This document shows, piece by piece, positions 27,907 to 39,224 of a DNA stretch of 64,000 bases. Location of the stretch: IMG/VR virus record IMGVR_UViG_3300021376_000006; one strand, written 5' to 3'. Both the position numbers and the translations under genes were made by a program. The notes under the pieces are model-generated. The model was not told the DNA's origin and made no database searches. It was given only the letters and a program-made list of their open reading frames with translations. Position 1 is the first letter of the stretch. Each line of letters opens with the position of its first letter. This DNA comes from a virus. Its lineage: Duplodnaviria; Caudoviricetes.

Positions 27907-28884
27907 TTAACTACGTAACCAATTTGAATTTGTTACACTATAGGTAAACTTTGCTACCACATTACCTGAACTCACAGTGGTATTGGGGAACCATTTAACC
28001 AAGGCAGTATTGCCTTTGTTGACCCAAACCGCAGTAATTGGTGCTAGGAAACTAAGCGTAATTTCTCTACCATCTACGTCTGTATCGGGCAATGCAATAC
28101 GTGCATTAGCGATAGTGTCACTACTTGCAGTATCAAAATATACTGTATTATATCCTGTGTTGGCAAAAAAGTTTTGATCGTTGGTTAGCGTTACATAGGC
28201 GTAATTTGTGTTGATAGTTCCGGCACTGGTAATCAAGTTGGCACTTGCTGTTAAATTGCCATTCACTTGCAGTCCACTTAATGCTTTGGTTCTGTTTCTG
28301 CCTAAATCACGTATGCCTAATGTTGTGCCACCATCTACAGTAAAGATTTCAAAGAAATAATCTGTAGAGTTACTAATTTCGGCTGAACTGAATGACACAG
28401 TATTACCACTAAATCCAGCAATAGTGTCAGTATCGCCCAGTGTCATTGAGTTAGGAAAACTCAATGTATAACTGGCACTTGGATTACTTACCCATAGTTT
28501 AATCCTGGCATACTGATTGCCAGTGTTGGCCGGAAAACTAAAAGTGAGTGTTGTAGTGCCAGACATGGTAATTTTTTGAAAATTACCATTAACGAAATTA
28601 ATTGTAACACTTCCACTTACGCTACCTATATTATTGTAGGTTTCACGCCAGCTAGTTAGTGCAGGATTAACCATTGCATTACCTGCAAAATCGTTACTTA
28701 GCGTTGTATTTAACAAAGCACTTTTGAGCACAACTTTGTTTTGTAAATCTTCTATTTCGGCTTTAGAAAAGGTAAAATTATTGCGAATATTAGTGAAATT
28801 GTCGCGAAAACCTTGACTGTCATTGTCTTGGCCGGCTACAGGAAATGTACCGTCAATATTGTTTGGATTAACTTGGCTTGTCAT
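27907..28884 (-). CDS. Virion structural protein (tail/baseplate)
   Basis: 325 aa, T/N/S-rich beta composition, in structural operon. Confidence 0.6.
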   Translation of the reverse strand: MTSQVNPNNIDGTFPVAGQDNDSQGFRDNFTNIRNNFTFSKAEIEDLQNKVVLKSALLNTTLSNDFAGNAMVNPALTSWRETYNNIGSVSGSVTINFVNGNFQKITMSGTTTLTFSFPANTGNQYARIKLWVSNPSASYTLSFPNSMTLGDTDTIAGFSGNTVSFSSAEISNSTDYFFEIFTVDGGTTLGIRDLGRNRTKALSGLQVNGNLTASANLITSAGTINTNYAYVTLTNDQNFFANTGYNTVYFDTASSDTIANARIALPDTDVDGREITLSFLAPITAVWVNKGNTALVKWFPNTTVSSGNVVAKFTYSVTNSNWLRS

Positions 28885-31800
28885 TTATACAAATACTCCA
28901 GTTTGTGGGAATTTAATATATTTATCTAGTGTTTCAGGAATGATCCAGATATCTTGATTGCTACTAAATGTGGTCCCTGCAGCCACTGATTGTCCGGCCT
29001 CATGTCCGGCCTCAAACCTTTCGCGCATGATACATGTTCCACCATCAAAAGTGGTTTCTGCAGTACGCTCTAATCCAGTCGCAAAAGTAGCCACATAATA
29101 ACTTGGAGTGGCTGTTCCTGGATCCACTCTATACTGTAAAGTGGTTATAGTATAGGTATCACCTGTGCGTACTTTTACAAGTTGATCTAAAATTATTTCC
29201 TGATCAAAAATTAGAGTTACTTCAGCATCGTCACCCTGATCAAAATGACTAAAAGTTAAAACTTCGCTTGCTTCGTCAAATCCTACTAAATCGTCATCAA
29301 GTCCCACATCAGGGAACTCTTCCCAAGTTATTTGCCAAACCCCGCCTTGTTGATTTATGGTACTATAATTTCCCACTTTGTCCAAGTAACCTGGAATGGT
29401 ATTACCTAATGCAGTTATCCATCCGTCATTGATTCCGCCATAACCGCTTTGTTTTGCAAAAATTATTTTTTCTCCCTCTAAGAAATTGCCAATTCCGTCG
29501 ACAATTAGTGAGGACCTCACTGTTTGTAAATTTTCCCCATCTATGCTATCAAAACTGGTGCTCACTGCGTAGTCCACAAATGCCTCGCCATTTATTCTTA
29601 TTGCAGAACCTGCTGTTGCAGTGATTTCGCTTGATAATGTCAATACATTTCCGGCAAGATTCAAGTTAGCTATAAAAGTTGAATCGGGTATAGTTGAACT
29701 GTCATCTATACTGCTAAATCTCCAACCATATCCTACGTTGATATCATTTGGTATTGTTACTACATTTGCATTGGTTACTGACGTTACTATAATTGTGTCA
29801 ACAAGTGCCGAACCAGATGCTAAGTTTGGATATTTGTCGAATGTAGTAGGTACACTAGGTTCAAAACTGTTTGTGTCTATGTTGTAAAATCTTGACAAAT
29901 AATTATCCCATTGATATCTATCTGCAACGAATGGAATTTGATTGATTTCAAATTCGCTATTTTGTAATCTATAAGAAATAAGTTTTGATGCACCGGGCTT
30001 AGTATATGCCAATACCACACATCTTATTAAGCCTAGTACATTCCCGTCCTCTTGAACGCTAGTCATCCATCTTGGCAACGTGCTTCTATTCGTGTAACCA
30101 ATTCCATTTTCCAAACGTTTTTGCATATTACCGAAACTGTTAGGATAGATAATATTGTAAAATTGATTTTGAAATAAAAAGTTATTGGCCAAGTCAAGTA
30201 CAATTTCTAACGGTGGACCACTGGTGTCAAAGGATTGAGTATCTATCAAATCAACATATACTATTTCGTATCCCACAGTACCATCTGAATTTACTGCCCT
30301 GGCTGTTTTTATTTCTCCAAAATTTATAGTTTTGAAATAGTGATTTCTTGCTATCGCACTGACAAAAGTTTCTGCTGTTACAGGGTTGAGCCCTGACAAA
30401 AATAAAGATTTTAACGTGCCTTGGACCCCAAAATAACTGTCATCGGGTCGGTATATCAATTCAGGAGGAAAGATGGTTTGATCTTTGATCGTGTTGTCCC
30501 AGCTTAATCTTTGTGTATAACTAGGCAACGCTTTTAAATATACATTTTCGTATGGAGATAAATTTCGTGGCCGAACCAGTATTGTAAATGATTGCGTTGA
30601 TGTGATTGAACCATCTACAGCAGTGGCTCGTACGGTAAATCCGCACTGTTGATCAAACGTAGTAGTACCACTATCTATTGCGGTACTAATAGCATTACTG
30701 GTAGTGCTTATTGCTTTTTGAATAGTGTCATTCGAAAATACTAATATAGTACCTTGTGTCATATAGATTGCTGGACTCACTTCAATGGTGTTTGAGTCAA
30801 CTATTGCAGTAATTTTACAACCTGCAGCAACACCTACTCCTTGCACTGTCATGCCTACCACCAAATCCTCAGTTGAAGTTACATTCAACTGAGCAACTTG
30901 TCCATCCAAACTAAAGTACCTAAAAGTAGTACGCCCGATCATTCTACCACTTCGTAAAAACTTCAATCCTTGCGGAATTTTTCTGAATGGAGCATAAATC
31001 AAACTGTATTGTAATTCTTTATCTAATGTGTTATAGGCTTCAATTGCTATTTCACTTACTGCACCGTTATCTATAATACCTAGATCAAATGGTGTGATCC
31101 AAACAATTTCCTCATTGAGAGTTCGTTTGACAGTTAGTGAAAATGTTACTCCATCACTTTCTGCGTCGGGGAAAGCTGTTCTATAGGCATATACTGTAAA
31201 ACTGTATGTGGTAAAATCATCGGTTTGGCTAGGAAGCGTTCCAATCGCCCAACCGGTGTCCGCGTTAATCTCTATACCTGAAGGAAAACCACTTGCTCCT
31301 TGGTCAAACAAGATACTGTCATATCCAGTTGTTGTGCTGATAAACTGAACAAAAATTGTATCAGCACTTGACGGTGCCAAAGACGTAAATGTCAATTGCA
31401 ATGAGGCGGTATTGTAATCAGTGTAGGCAGTATATAATACTCCATTTACCTGTACCACAATTCTGGCTGCATTTGCGGGAGCAAAATCAAGGGTGTAAGG
31501 TCCTACTGTTCCATTGCCAGTAATGGTCTGACTGTCCGCGGCATCAAGTTCGTCTATGCCACTGAATGCCAATTCGTCAATTTTCCATGACACATCTTCG
31601 TCCTCAGGATCATATGCCACAAATCTATAGGCAAAGGTACTACCGGAGACCAAGACTGGTAATGAATCTGGATTATTGAGTATAATCGGTCTATATTTGT
31701 TATCAGCATCTACAGTAATAAATGTATTGTTTATTACTGTCAAATCGTTGTCGGCAGTGTAATTGCCTTTACTTAAAATCAATAATCTTACATTCAAAGT

Positions 31801-32415
31801 GTCTACTTTAAAGTCATCAGTAACCTGAATAGTAAAATTGTAATATTTGTCAGTGCTTAATGGCAAAGCATCAAAAATAACTGCTTCAACAGGTGCTGCT
31901 TCAAAACCCAGTTCATCGATATTTTCAGCAACTATATCAACGTAACCATACAATCTACCTTCTGATGTAAAGGTGGTTCCTGGAGGAATATCACCTTCGA
32001 TAATACTCCATGTTTGTGTCGCATTGCGATTATCGTTAACACTGTTGAAACTGTAATCTAAAAAGTTACCATCAAACCATGCTCCAATTAGATCAGGTCG
32101 TGGCGTAATTTGCGGACCGTTTATGTTACTTACAGCCATGCTAAAAGATCTATCTGCTACATTCCCGTTTGGATTGGTTGCTCTTACTGTAAATGTATTA
32201 ACAGAAGTTTGATTTACCGAACTCAGTACTGTGGGAATTCCGCGTAATTCTCCTGTACGAGTAACATACATTCCTCCGGGCAACTGGCCACTAATAAAAC
32301 TGTAAAATAACTGTTGCTCATCGCTGTCTACTGCTTCCAATTGAAAACTATAATATAAATTTTCTGGAACAGTGCCTAAATCACCTCTTGGTGTTACCCA
32401 CGAAACCACGCTCAT
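28885..32415 (-). CDS. Large baseplate/tail protein with Ig/cadherin-like repeats
   Basis: 1176 aa; repeated G-L-G-P...FTVRAT...F-I-V units. Confidence 0.65.
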   Translation of the reverse strand: MSVVSWVTPRGDLGTVPENLYYSFQLEAVDSDEQQLFYSFISGQLPGGMYVTRTGELRGIPTVLSSVNQTSVNTFTVRATNPNGNVADRSFSMAVSNINGPQITPRPDLIGAWFDGNFLDYSFNSVNDNRNATQTWSIIEGDIPPGTTFTSEGRLYGYVDIVAENIDELGFEAAPVEAVIFDALPLSTDKYYNFTIQVTDDFKVDTLNVRLLILSKGNYTADNDLTVINNTFITVDADNKYRPIILNNPDSLPVLVSGSTFAYRFVAYDPEDEDVSWKIDELAFSGIDELDAADSQTITGNGTVGPYTLDFAPANAARIVVQVNGVLYTAYTDYNTASLQLTFTSLAPSSADTIFVQFISTTTGYDSILFDQGASGFPSGIEINADTGWAIGTLPSQTDDFTTYSFTVYAYRTAFPDAESDGVTFSLTVKRTLNEEIVWITPFDLGIIDNGAVSEIAIEAYNTLDKELQYSLIYAPFRKIPQGLKFLRSGRMIGRTTFRYFSLDGQVAQLNVTSTEDLVVGMTVQGVGVAAGCKITAIVDSNTIEVSPAIYMTQGTILVFSNDTIQKAISTTSNAISTAIDSGTTTFDQQCGFTVRATAVDGSITSTQSFTILVRPRNLSPYENVYLKALPSYTQRLSWDNTIKDQTIFPPELIYRPDDSYFGVQGTLKSLFLSGLNPVTAETFVSAIARNHYFKTINFGEIKTARAVNSDGTVGYEIVYVDLIDTQSFDTSGPPLEIVLDLANNFLFQNQFYNIIYPNSFGNMQKRLENGIGYTNRSTLPRWMTSVQEDGNVLGLIRCVVLAYTKPGASKLISYRLQNSEFEINQIPFVADRYQWDNYLSRFYNIDTNSFEPSVPTTFDKYPNLASGSALVDTIIVTSVTNANVVTIPNDINVGYGWRFSSIDDSSTIPDSTFIANLNLAGNVLTLSSEITATAGSAIRINGEAFVDYAVSTSFDSIDGENLQTVRSSLIVDGIGNFLEGEKIIFAKQSGYGGINDGWITALGNTIPGYLDKVGNYSTINQQGGVWQITWEEFPDVGLDDDLVGFDEASEVLTFSHFDQGDDAEVTLIFDQEIILDQLVKVRTGDTYTITTLQYRVDPGTATPSYYVATFATGLERTAETTFDGGTCIMRERFEAGHEAGQSVAAGTTFSSNQDIWIIPETLDKYIKFPQTGVFV

Positions 32416-32416
32416 A

Positions 32417-34441
32417 TTATATTATTACCGCTTCAATTATTTTACTGCCATTGCTGCCATTGGTAGTAAGACTTTTTGCAAACACTGCTGCACCATAGCT
32501 GTTATTTTGTCCTATGCTTTGAGCAAATCCTGCTTGTTTAGATGTTACTAATAGATCACCTTTTGACACCGCACCTAACACTTGTACTGGAACTCGTCCT
32601 CGCAATGCCACGGGTAAACCTGACGCTGCTGCATTCATGAGATAGGCCGGGTTACTGGAAATTACACCTGCTACACGTACATCAGCAAATGTTTCAGTAA
32701 CAGTGATTTCCTGATCGCCACCAAATACCACAACAGTCCCGGGTGCATAGTTGGAATCAGCAATGTATTTTTCTGCAAGGTCGGCATATAAAGCCTGTAC
32801 CGCCACACCATAAAAATTATTCCACCACGCTGTGTCGGATCCTAGGTTGTTTGTTACAGCAATGTTTGAACTTGGAACAATATTACCAGTGGCAACAATA
32901 GCATATCCACCAGATCCTGCTATCCATAGATTACCAGTTGAAATTGCCACACCGCCTTGTACAACCAATTGCCCAGTAGTGGTCGACGTTGATGGCGTAT
33001 TACCATCAAATACCACATTGCCGGTTGTAGTAGTAATACTTCTACCACCGGCTCCTCCAATTTGGACTTGACCGGTAGCTACACCTAGGCCGCCTTGTAT
33101 TACTACCGCACCTGTTGTGGTACTGGTCGATTGCGTGTTACTGTCGAATTCTGTTGTGCCATCTGCGCCAATTCTTATCGTAGTTGCATTAGTGTTAAAC
33201 AATTCAGCCACTGCCGTATTGGTTGTTATTGCTGCTGCACCAGAGGTGTTGATAGCAATGTTGCCAGTATGAGTGCCGCCGGTACTATTCACTGTACCAC
33301 CAGTCATGGTGCCACTCATGTCTATGTCGAATACCCATAATTTTACAAATCTATCATTGGTAGCTGTGCCTAAAGAATAGGTGTTATTGGTATTGGGACT
33401 TATATCGTTGGTATTCAACTGTCCAGATAATGTTAGAGTGGTCAAAGTGCCTAAACTGGTTATTAATGGTTGTGCTGGCATGGTAACGTTACCAAAAATG
33501 TTACCTTGAACACCACCACCGGCAGGCACATAGATGTTGGCAGCATACAGATTGCCGCTTATACCTAGCCCTCCTGTAACAATCACTGCTCCAGTAATTG
33601 TGCTGGTAGAAGGAGTGGTACAAGCAAAAGTAGTGGTCAGCCCAACTGTGCCACCGTTGAATGAAGTTGCACTGGTCACCACCGGACTGCCATTTATATA
33701 AATGGTGTCGCCACCGGCAAAATTCATATTACCTACGTGATAACCAGTAACTGATAGGTTACCAACGTTGGCACGGGTAGCGTGCAAATTTCCAAGAATA
33801 CCAACACCGCCTTTTACTTGCAGAGCACCAGTGACATTACTTGTGGCGGCAGTAGTATTACTCAAAAGCAGTTGCCCAAATTGTACATTACCAAACGTAC
33901 CGTCTGTGATTACATTGGCAGTATCGGTGATATTGTCCATATAGACCAAACTCGCCGAACTGTTTTGCCAACCCAAAAAGGCATATCTATCTGAGGTTTT
34001 AAAGTATTGCCATTCTAAACCAATGTCTTTACCGTCATTGGTAGTATACGGTGCTGCATTGGAGTGAATCAAGATGATCGGTGCAGTAGAATTACTTGAC
34101 TGCGATGCCTGCTGTGACCCGGTTACATTTAAATTACCAACAATATTCACATTACCTACAATGTAGGCACCATTTTGACTTACGAAAAGATTACCGTTAC
34201 TGGTCACAGTGTTAGAAACTATGCTGCCGGCATTTACATATGTTGTGGCATAAACATAACTGTTAGAGTACAAATATCCACCAGTTACACTTACAGCACT
34301 TATAATTGATGATTCGGTGCCTGCAAACAATCCGCCTTGTACGAATTGAAAATTTTTGTTAACAGTGTCAAACGCGGTCCTAATTGGATTGCCTGTTCCA
34401 TCATTTGCTACTGCTCCAATATTGATTGTATTAATTGCCAT
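32417..34441 (-). CDS. Tail fibre/spike-like protein with C-terminal ADLAEKY chaperone-like domain
   Basis: N-terminal INIGAVANDGTG (T4 gp9/10-like) motif; G/T/N-rich; YADLAEKY...GRVPV. Confidence 0.7.
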   Translation of the reverse strand: MAINTINIGAVANDGTGNPIRTAFDTVNKNFQFVQGGLFAGTESSIISAVSVTGGYLYSNSYVYATTYVNAGSIVSNTVTSNGNLFVSQNGAYIVGNVNIVGNLNVTGSQQASQSSNSTAPIILIHSNAAPYTTNDGKDIGLEWQYFKTSDRYAFLGWQNSSASLVYMDNITDTANVITDGTFGNVQFGQLLLSNTTAATSNVTGALQVKGGVGILGNLHATRANVGNLSVTGYHVGNMNFAGGDTIYINGSPVVTSATSFNGGTVGLTTTFACTTPSTSTITGAVIVTGGLGISGNLYAANIYVPAGGGVQGNIFGNVTMPAQPLITSLGTLTTLTLSGQLNTNDISPNTNNTYSLGTATNDRFVKLWVFDIDMSGTMTGGTVNSTGGTHTGNIAINTSGAAAITTNTAVAELFNTNATTIRIGADGTTEFDSNTQSTSTTTGAVVIQGGLGVATGQVQIGGAGGRSITTTTGNVVFDGNTPSTSTTTGQLVVQGGVAISTGNLWIAGSGGYAIVATGNIVPSSNIAVTNNLGSDTAWWNNFYGVAVQALYADLAEKYIADSNYAPGTVVVFGGDQEITVTETFADVRVAGVISSNPAYLMNAAASGLPVALRGRVPVQVLGAVSKGDLLVTSKQAGFAQSIGQNNSYGAAVFAKSLTTNGSNGSKIIEAVII

Positions 34442-34458
34442 TTTTATTCCACTTGTAA

Positions 34459-36855
34459 TTAGCCACCTAAGGCTTGTAATCTAGCCGCCAATTGGTCCAA
34501 AGCCTGTTGAATGTTAGTAATTGTGCCGTTGTAATTTGCTGCATTGTTTGGTGTATAACTTGCATTACCCAGAATATTTGATTGGAACAATGCAAGTGCG
34601 CCAATATTGGCGAATAAATCCGGAACATCAGCAATTGCAGTGCTTTGTGTTGAGCCATCTATAAATGTTAGATTACAATTAAAAAGTTCAAAATTTCCGT
34701 CTTTATTGATACCAACCAACGAAGTATTAGCTACCAAGAACACATTACTGTTTGTTCTCACTATGGCGTTACCACCAATCACATTGAAATATCCATCGTA
34801 AGGAGCTTCATTTAAACCAGTATCTCCAGTTGGTGGCGCAAAATTTCCACTAAAATTACTTGAGTTTATACCTATGTTGAGATATTTGTCACTGTCGTTG
34901 CCATCATCGGCAGTGATTACAAAGTCTCCTGAGGCGCTTGATCCAGTATTAATGTTTTGTATGACCACCTGATAAATACTATCAACATTTCCTACAAACA
35001 CACCGCCCAGACCTGGGTAGTTGATAGGATTGACATTACCTACTTCAAGTGTGGATCCTATTTTGACGTTGGCATTGGCTAACAAAAACGCCGCTTGAAC
35101 ATTGCCGTTAAACACAGCACCACTAAGGTTGGCACTATTGTTGATATTGGTATTAGCGGCAATTAAATTAGCGTTTAACAAATTAATCTGAACTGCCTGA
35201 CTGGCAGCATTGCTTTGTAACGAGGAGACATTAGTATTTGTACTGCCCAAGTTGGCATCAATCAAGATTATTCTAGCATTAGCCGCAGAAATATTTGCGT
35301 CTGATGAAGCAACATTGCTGAGATACAAATTTATATTTGCATATAAATTTTGTATATCTAATGCCTGAACTGCTGCATTTGATGTCAATGTTGTGATATT
35401 CAAGTTGGCCGCTGTTAAATTTGCATTTAACAAATCTAGCTGTACAGCCTGACCGGCACTGTCAGCTGTCAAGGTTGTGATGTTGGTGTTTGCCGCCAAA
35501 ACATTTGCATTTATTACGTCAATCTGTGATGCTTGTGTGGTAGCATTTGATTGTAAAGAAATTATATTTCCTTGTTGTGCCTGAGCATTACTTTGTAAAT
35601 TATCTAATTCTAAAGCTTGGATAGAAGCATTAGCTAGTAATGAAGTTATGTTTACATTAGCTGCTGTTACATTGGCATTAATAGACGTAATTGTTGTGGA
35701 TTGAGTTGCAGCATTGGCATTAGCATAAATTTGGTACGCACCAATATTTGCGTTAATGGTATTGATAGCCACAGCCTGTGTGGCTGAATTAGCAACAAGA
35801 TCATTAATAGATGCGCCTTGAGTGGCAGCGTTGCCTAAGAGACTGTCCAAATCCAATGCTTGAGATGCTGCATTAGATTGAAGTGTAATTATGGCTGCAT
35901 TTGCAGCAGACACATTGGCATTGATAGCTGCCACACTAATGGAAGCAATTACAGCGTTGGCAGCAGTTATATTTGCTCTCAATGCATTTATTTCTACGTT
36001 GGCAGCAGCCACTCTGTTGGTATTAGTTACAATAGCGGTGTTTGCTGCAGAAACGTTGCTGTTGGTTGTGTCTATGTAAGCAGCTAATATACCAGTGTTA
36101 CTTTGTAAATTGGTTATCAGTGTAGATTTTGTACCAAGATTGGCATCAATTACCACAATGCGAGCGTTTGCGGCCATAACGTTGGCATTTATAGCATCAA
36201 CATTTGAAGTGTTTATCGCAGCTATCACCAAATTTGCCGCTGTAATGTTCGCTCTTAGTGCATTTATTTCTACGTTGGCAGCTGCCACTCTGTTGGTATT
36301 AGTTGCAATAGCCGCATTGGCAGCAGTAATATTAGCACGTAATGAATCGGTTATTGATCCTGTAACATTTGCAAGATTAGCAGATATGGCAGCATTGACA
36401 TAGGCTTTGCTGGCAGCCTCAGTGATATTGTTGACAGTGAGTGTAACATTGCCTGTTAAACCATTTACTCTAAGTACAGGAGCCACAGGCACACCCACAA
36501 CCGACACTGTAGCAATATTGCCCACAGTGACATTTGCTAGAGTAGTCACTGTTAGTAAAACATCATTTAATGGCGTTGTACCTCCCAGAACATTGCCTTG
36601 GATAACATACACATTGCCAACCGTTTGCCCGGTGCCCCGTAGCACAGGTGCTGCTGCATAACTTTCTGTGTAACGGCTAACATTAAAGGTGATTCCGCTG
36701 ACATTGCAAGCAACGTTACCGTAGGTCAAACCTTCGTTATCTACAGTGCTGTAAAGCTCATCAAAATTTTCATTAATTTTGGTGAATGCATCGCGTAACG
36801 GATCACCTGTGCCATCACTAGCAGCAGCGCCAACATCAATAACTTGTTGTACCAT
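34459..36855 (-). CDS. Coiled-coil tail fibre-like protein
   Basis: IDVGAAASDGTGDPLRDAF N-terminus; long A/N-rich heptads. Confidence 0.7.
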   Translation of the reverse strand: MVQQVIDVGAAASDGTGDPLRDAFTKINENFDELYSTVDNEGLTYGNVACNVSGITFNVSRYTESYAAAPVLRGTGQTVGNVYVIQGNVLGGTTPLNDVLLTVTTLANVTVGNIATVSVVGVPVAPVLRVNGLTGNVTLTVNNITEAASKAYVNAAISANLANVTGSITDSLRANITAANAAIATNTNRVAAANVEINALRANITAANLVIAAINTSNVDAINANVMAANARIVVIDANLGTKSTLITNLQSNTGILAAYIDTTNSNVSAANTAIVTNTNRVAAANVEINALRANITAANAVIASISVAAINANVSAANAAIITLQSNAASQALDLDSLLGNAATQGASINDLVANSATQAVAINTINANIGAYQIYANANAATQSTTITSINANVTAANVNITSLLANASIQALELDNLQSNAQAQQGNIISLQSNATTQASQIDVINANVLAANTNITTLTADSAGQAVQLDLLNANLTAANLNITTLTSNAAVQALDIQNLYANINLYLSNVASSDANISAANARIILIDANLGSTNTNVSSLQSNAASQAVQINLLNANLIAANTNINNSANLSGAVFNGNVQAAFLLANANVKIGSTLEVGNVNPINYPGLGGVFVGNVDSIYQVVIQNINTGSSASGDFVITADDGNDSDKYLNIGINSSNFSGNFAPPTGDTGLNEAPYDGYFNVIGGNAIVRTNSNVFLVANTSLVGINKDGNFELFNCNLTFIDGSTQSTAIADVPDLFANIGALALFQSNILGNASYTPNNAANYNGTITNIQQALDQLAARLQALGG
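35983..36312. repeat. Near-identical ~54-nt repeat (35983-36036 and 36259-36312)
   Basis: Encodes TNTNRVAAANVEINA twice, 92 codons apart. Confidence 0.85.
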
Positions 36856-36912
36856 AAATCATCCTATATACTAGGTATTTATGGCTTTTGTCTGGAATGG
36901 GGTTTTGGTAAT

Positions 36913-37239
36913 TTAGTAGGGTGAAAAACTACTGCCGCAACCGCAAGTGGTCTGAGCTTGAGGATTTTCTATGTTAAAGCTAGCACCCATGGCATCTTCG
37001 GTATATTTGATTCGGGCACCCTGCAAATATTGTGCGCTTATAGAATCCACAAGCAGACCTACACCACCAAATTCAAGATCAAAATCATCTTCGTTTTGTA
37101 TTTCATCAAAAGTAAATCCATACTGCATGCCTGAGCAGCCACCACCCTGTACAAATATACGCAGTTTAAGATCCGGATTGCCTTCTTCGGCAATGAGTTC
37201 TCGAAGTTTAATTACTGCACTTTCTTGTAAATCAATCAT
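36913..37239 (-). CDS. erpA: Fe-S cluster insertion protein ErpA/IscA
   Basis: [20 protein letters not shown]. Confidence 0.95.
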   Translation of the reverse strand: MIDLQESAVIKLRELIAEEGNPDLKLRIFVQGGGCSGMQYGFTFDEIQNEDDFDLEFGGVGLLVDSISAQYLQGARIKYTEDAMGASFNIENPQAQTTCGCGSSFSPY

Positions 37240-37787
37240 GCACGGTCTCCTGCATAAATTCGTCTATTGACATATTCCCAATTGATAATACGCCATATGT
37301 TTTTCAAATAACGTTTCTTATCCGTACCATAGTCAAGTACCCATGCATGTTCCCACCAATCAACCAGCAGTGCTATATCTGTGCGTATGGCATGATTTCG
37401 AATTGTTTTGATTTGACCGCTGCGGCTAAGGTAAATCCAGTTTGAGCCCTGCAGTTTCATTGCTTCCGCTTCAAAATCTTTTTTGAAGTCAGTAAAGTTT
37501 CCAAAGTGTCTGTTGATCAATGCCAAACTAGCACCGGTTGGGCTGTTGCCATTTCGCGGTGGCCGTAATTGCGGAAAGTATATATTGTGCAAATATGCGC
37601 CAGCCTCGTTAAAGCTGGCATCACCTTCGCCTTTGTTGTATCTATCAACATATCCACGTGCTAATTTTCCGTAGTGATTTTCTATAGTTGCTTTACTCTT
37701 AACCGGACTCAATGCAGTCATTGAGTAAGGAAGTTTTTTTAACTCTAGTTTTTTCTTTTCTTCAGTTAAGGAAATAAGGTCTCTCAT
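37236..37787 (-). CDS. sod: Fe/Mn superoxide dismutase
   Basis: [26 protein letters not shown] (all four metal ligands). Confidence 0.9.
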   Translation of the reverse strand: MRDLISLTEEKKKLELKKLPYSMTALSPVKSKATIENHYGKLARGYVDRYNKGEGDASFNEAGAYLHNIYFPQLRPPRNGNSPTGASLALINRHFGNFTDFKKDFEAEAMKLQGSNWIYLSRSGQIKTIRNHAIRTDIALLVDWWEHAWVLDYGTDKKRYLKNIWRIINWEYVNRRIYAGDRA

Positions 37788-37795
37788 TATTATAT

Positions 37796-38494
37796 TTAGT
37801 AGCCCAATCTTTTTAAAGTTTTTCCATGCATGGTATGTACCGAGTTAGCCGGCACATCGCTTAATACACAACTGTTCACATAAACAATGGCATTATCGCC
37901 AATGATGGTGTATACTGATTTCCTGGGCAACACTATACAACCAACGCCTAGTCTTACATTGTTACCAATTATTGCATTGGCAGTAGTTGTGGTTGCACCA
38001 ACAATAGTGTTGTTGCCAATTGTGGTTCTAGTACCAATATTACAATCCCAATCAATTACACTGTAATCTCCTATTTGTATATGACTAGTAAATTTTGCAT
38101 GTCCTAAAATTAGAATTCCTTTTCCCAATACAACTGTATCAAATTTATGGAAAAATTTTGCGGTAGGATGTATTAGATTGGGAACATCTACCTGTGCCTG
38201 TTCTAAGACTTTGATTCTTTCCTTTCTTAAAACACCGCCATCTAATTTGTTACCACTAAGGTCCTGTTTCCCATCCCACCAATCAGCCAAGAAAAAAGAA
38301 CAGTTCTTCCATCGATTATGGGGATCTAGTAATTCTTCTTCGCTACCTATTACTGGTACATTATCTATTGACTCGGTATTTTTAAAATAATGTTTGTCAA
38401 GAATTCCTAAAACATTATACCCTAACTCTTGGGCAGTATAGGTAATATCAGTAAGGTTTGTTCTACTACCAACTAAAATTAAGTCTTTTTTCAT
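37796..38494 (-). CDS. NeuD/PglD-like sugar O-acyltransferase
   Basis: Rossmann N-domain plus hexapeptide repeats (IGDYSVI, IGNNTIV). Confidence 0.8.
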   Translation of the reverse strand: MKKDLILVGSRTNLTDITYTAQELGYNVLGILDKHYFKNTESIDNVPVIGSEEELLDPHNRWKNCSFFLADWWDGKQDLSGNKLDGGVLRKERIKVLEQAQVDVPNLIHPTAKFFHKFDTVVLGKGILILGHAKFTSHIQIGDYSVIDWDCNIGTRTTIGNNTIVGATTTTANAIIGNNVRLGVGCIVLPRKSVYTIIGDNAIVYVNSCVLSDVPANSVHTMHGKTLKRLGY

Positions 38495-38709
38495 TTGTTT
38501 CGATAAACTATACGACCACGATGTAAATCGTATGGGCTCATTTCTATTTCAACTGAGTCGCCTACTGATATGCGTATATTATTTTGACGTAGCTTGCCTG
38601 CAATGGTAGCTATAATTTGATGATTGTTTTCTAATGTGACACGAAACATGGCGCTTGGCAGCAGTTCTTCTACCACGCCTGACAGCCTAATCAAATCTTC
38701 TTTACTCAC
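38491..38709 (-). CDS. infA: Translation initiation factor IF-1
   Basis: [49 protein letters not shown]. Confidence 0.95.
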   Translation of the reverse strand: MSKEDLIRLSGVVEELLPSAMFRVTLENNHQIIATIAGKLRQNNIRISVGDSVEIEMSPYDLHRGRIVYRNK

Positions 38710-38733
38710 AAAACCTCTTTATAAAGTACGTAT

Positions 38734-39222
38734 TTATTTGGCCCATTGCTCGGCATGGCATTGATGATCCCATAAATTATATCTAATGTTTTCTTTCGTA
38801 GGATTACGCGGCTTTCCTTGCTGGTCAAAATAAATTTTAATACTGTCATTAGCATTTTTGTACGGAGCATAAACTTTGTAAGGAATTCTAAAAAAGTAAT
38901 TTTTGTTAGTTTTTGGTTCATGTACCATAACACGCAGCATACCAATTTTGTGTTGAAGTCCGCCGATACAAGCGTAAGCAGATTTTCCGTAATAGGTCAC
39001 AGTCACATATTTGCTTTCAGAATTATCGTCAAAATCGCTACCTTTTTTACCTCTTTTATTCTGTTTTAATTTTTTTTTGCTTTTTCTAACAATAGCTTTT
39101 TCTGCAAGCTCGCCTACATTTATAATACCATCTTGCCAGAGAAATTGAATTGCTTCTTGCAATGAAAAGAGTTCTTTTCTAAAACTAAGAGGATATGCCA
39201 TATTGACCAGTTGTTGATTCAT
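38734..39222 (-). CDS. Hypothetical protein, possible PD-(D/E)xK nuclease fold
   Basis: GELAE...SDFDDNSESK pattern (weak). Confidence 0.5.
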   Translation of the reverse strand: MNQQLVNMAYPLSFRKELFSLQEAIQFLWQDGIINVGELAEKAIVRKSKKKLKQNKRGKKGSDFDDNSESKYVTVTYYGKSAYACIGGLQHKIGMLRVMVHEPKTNKNYFFRIPYKVYAPYKNANDSIKIYFDQQGKPRNPTKENIRYNLWDHQCHAEQWAK

Positions 39223-39224
39223 AA

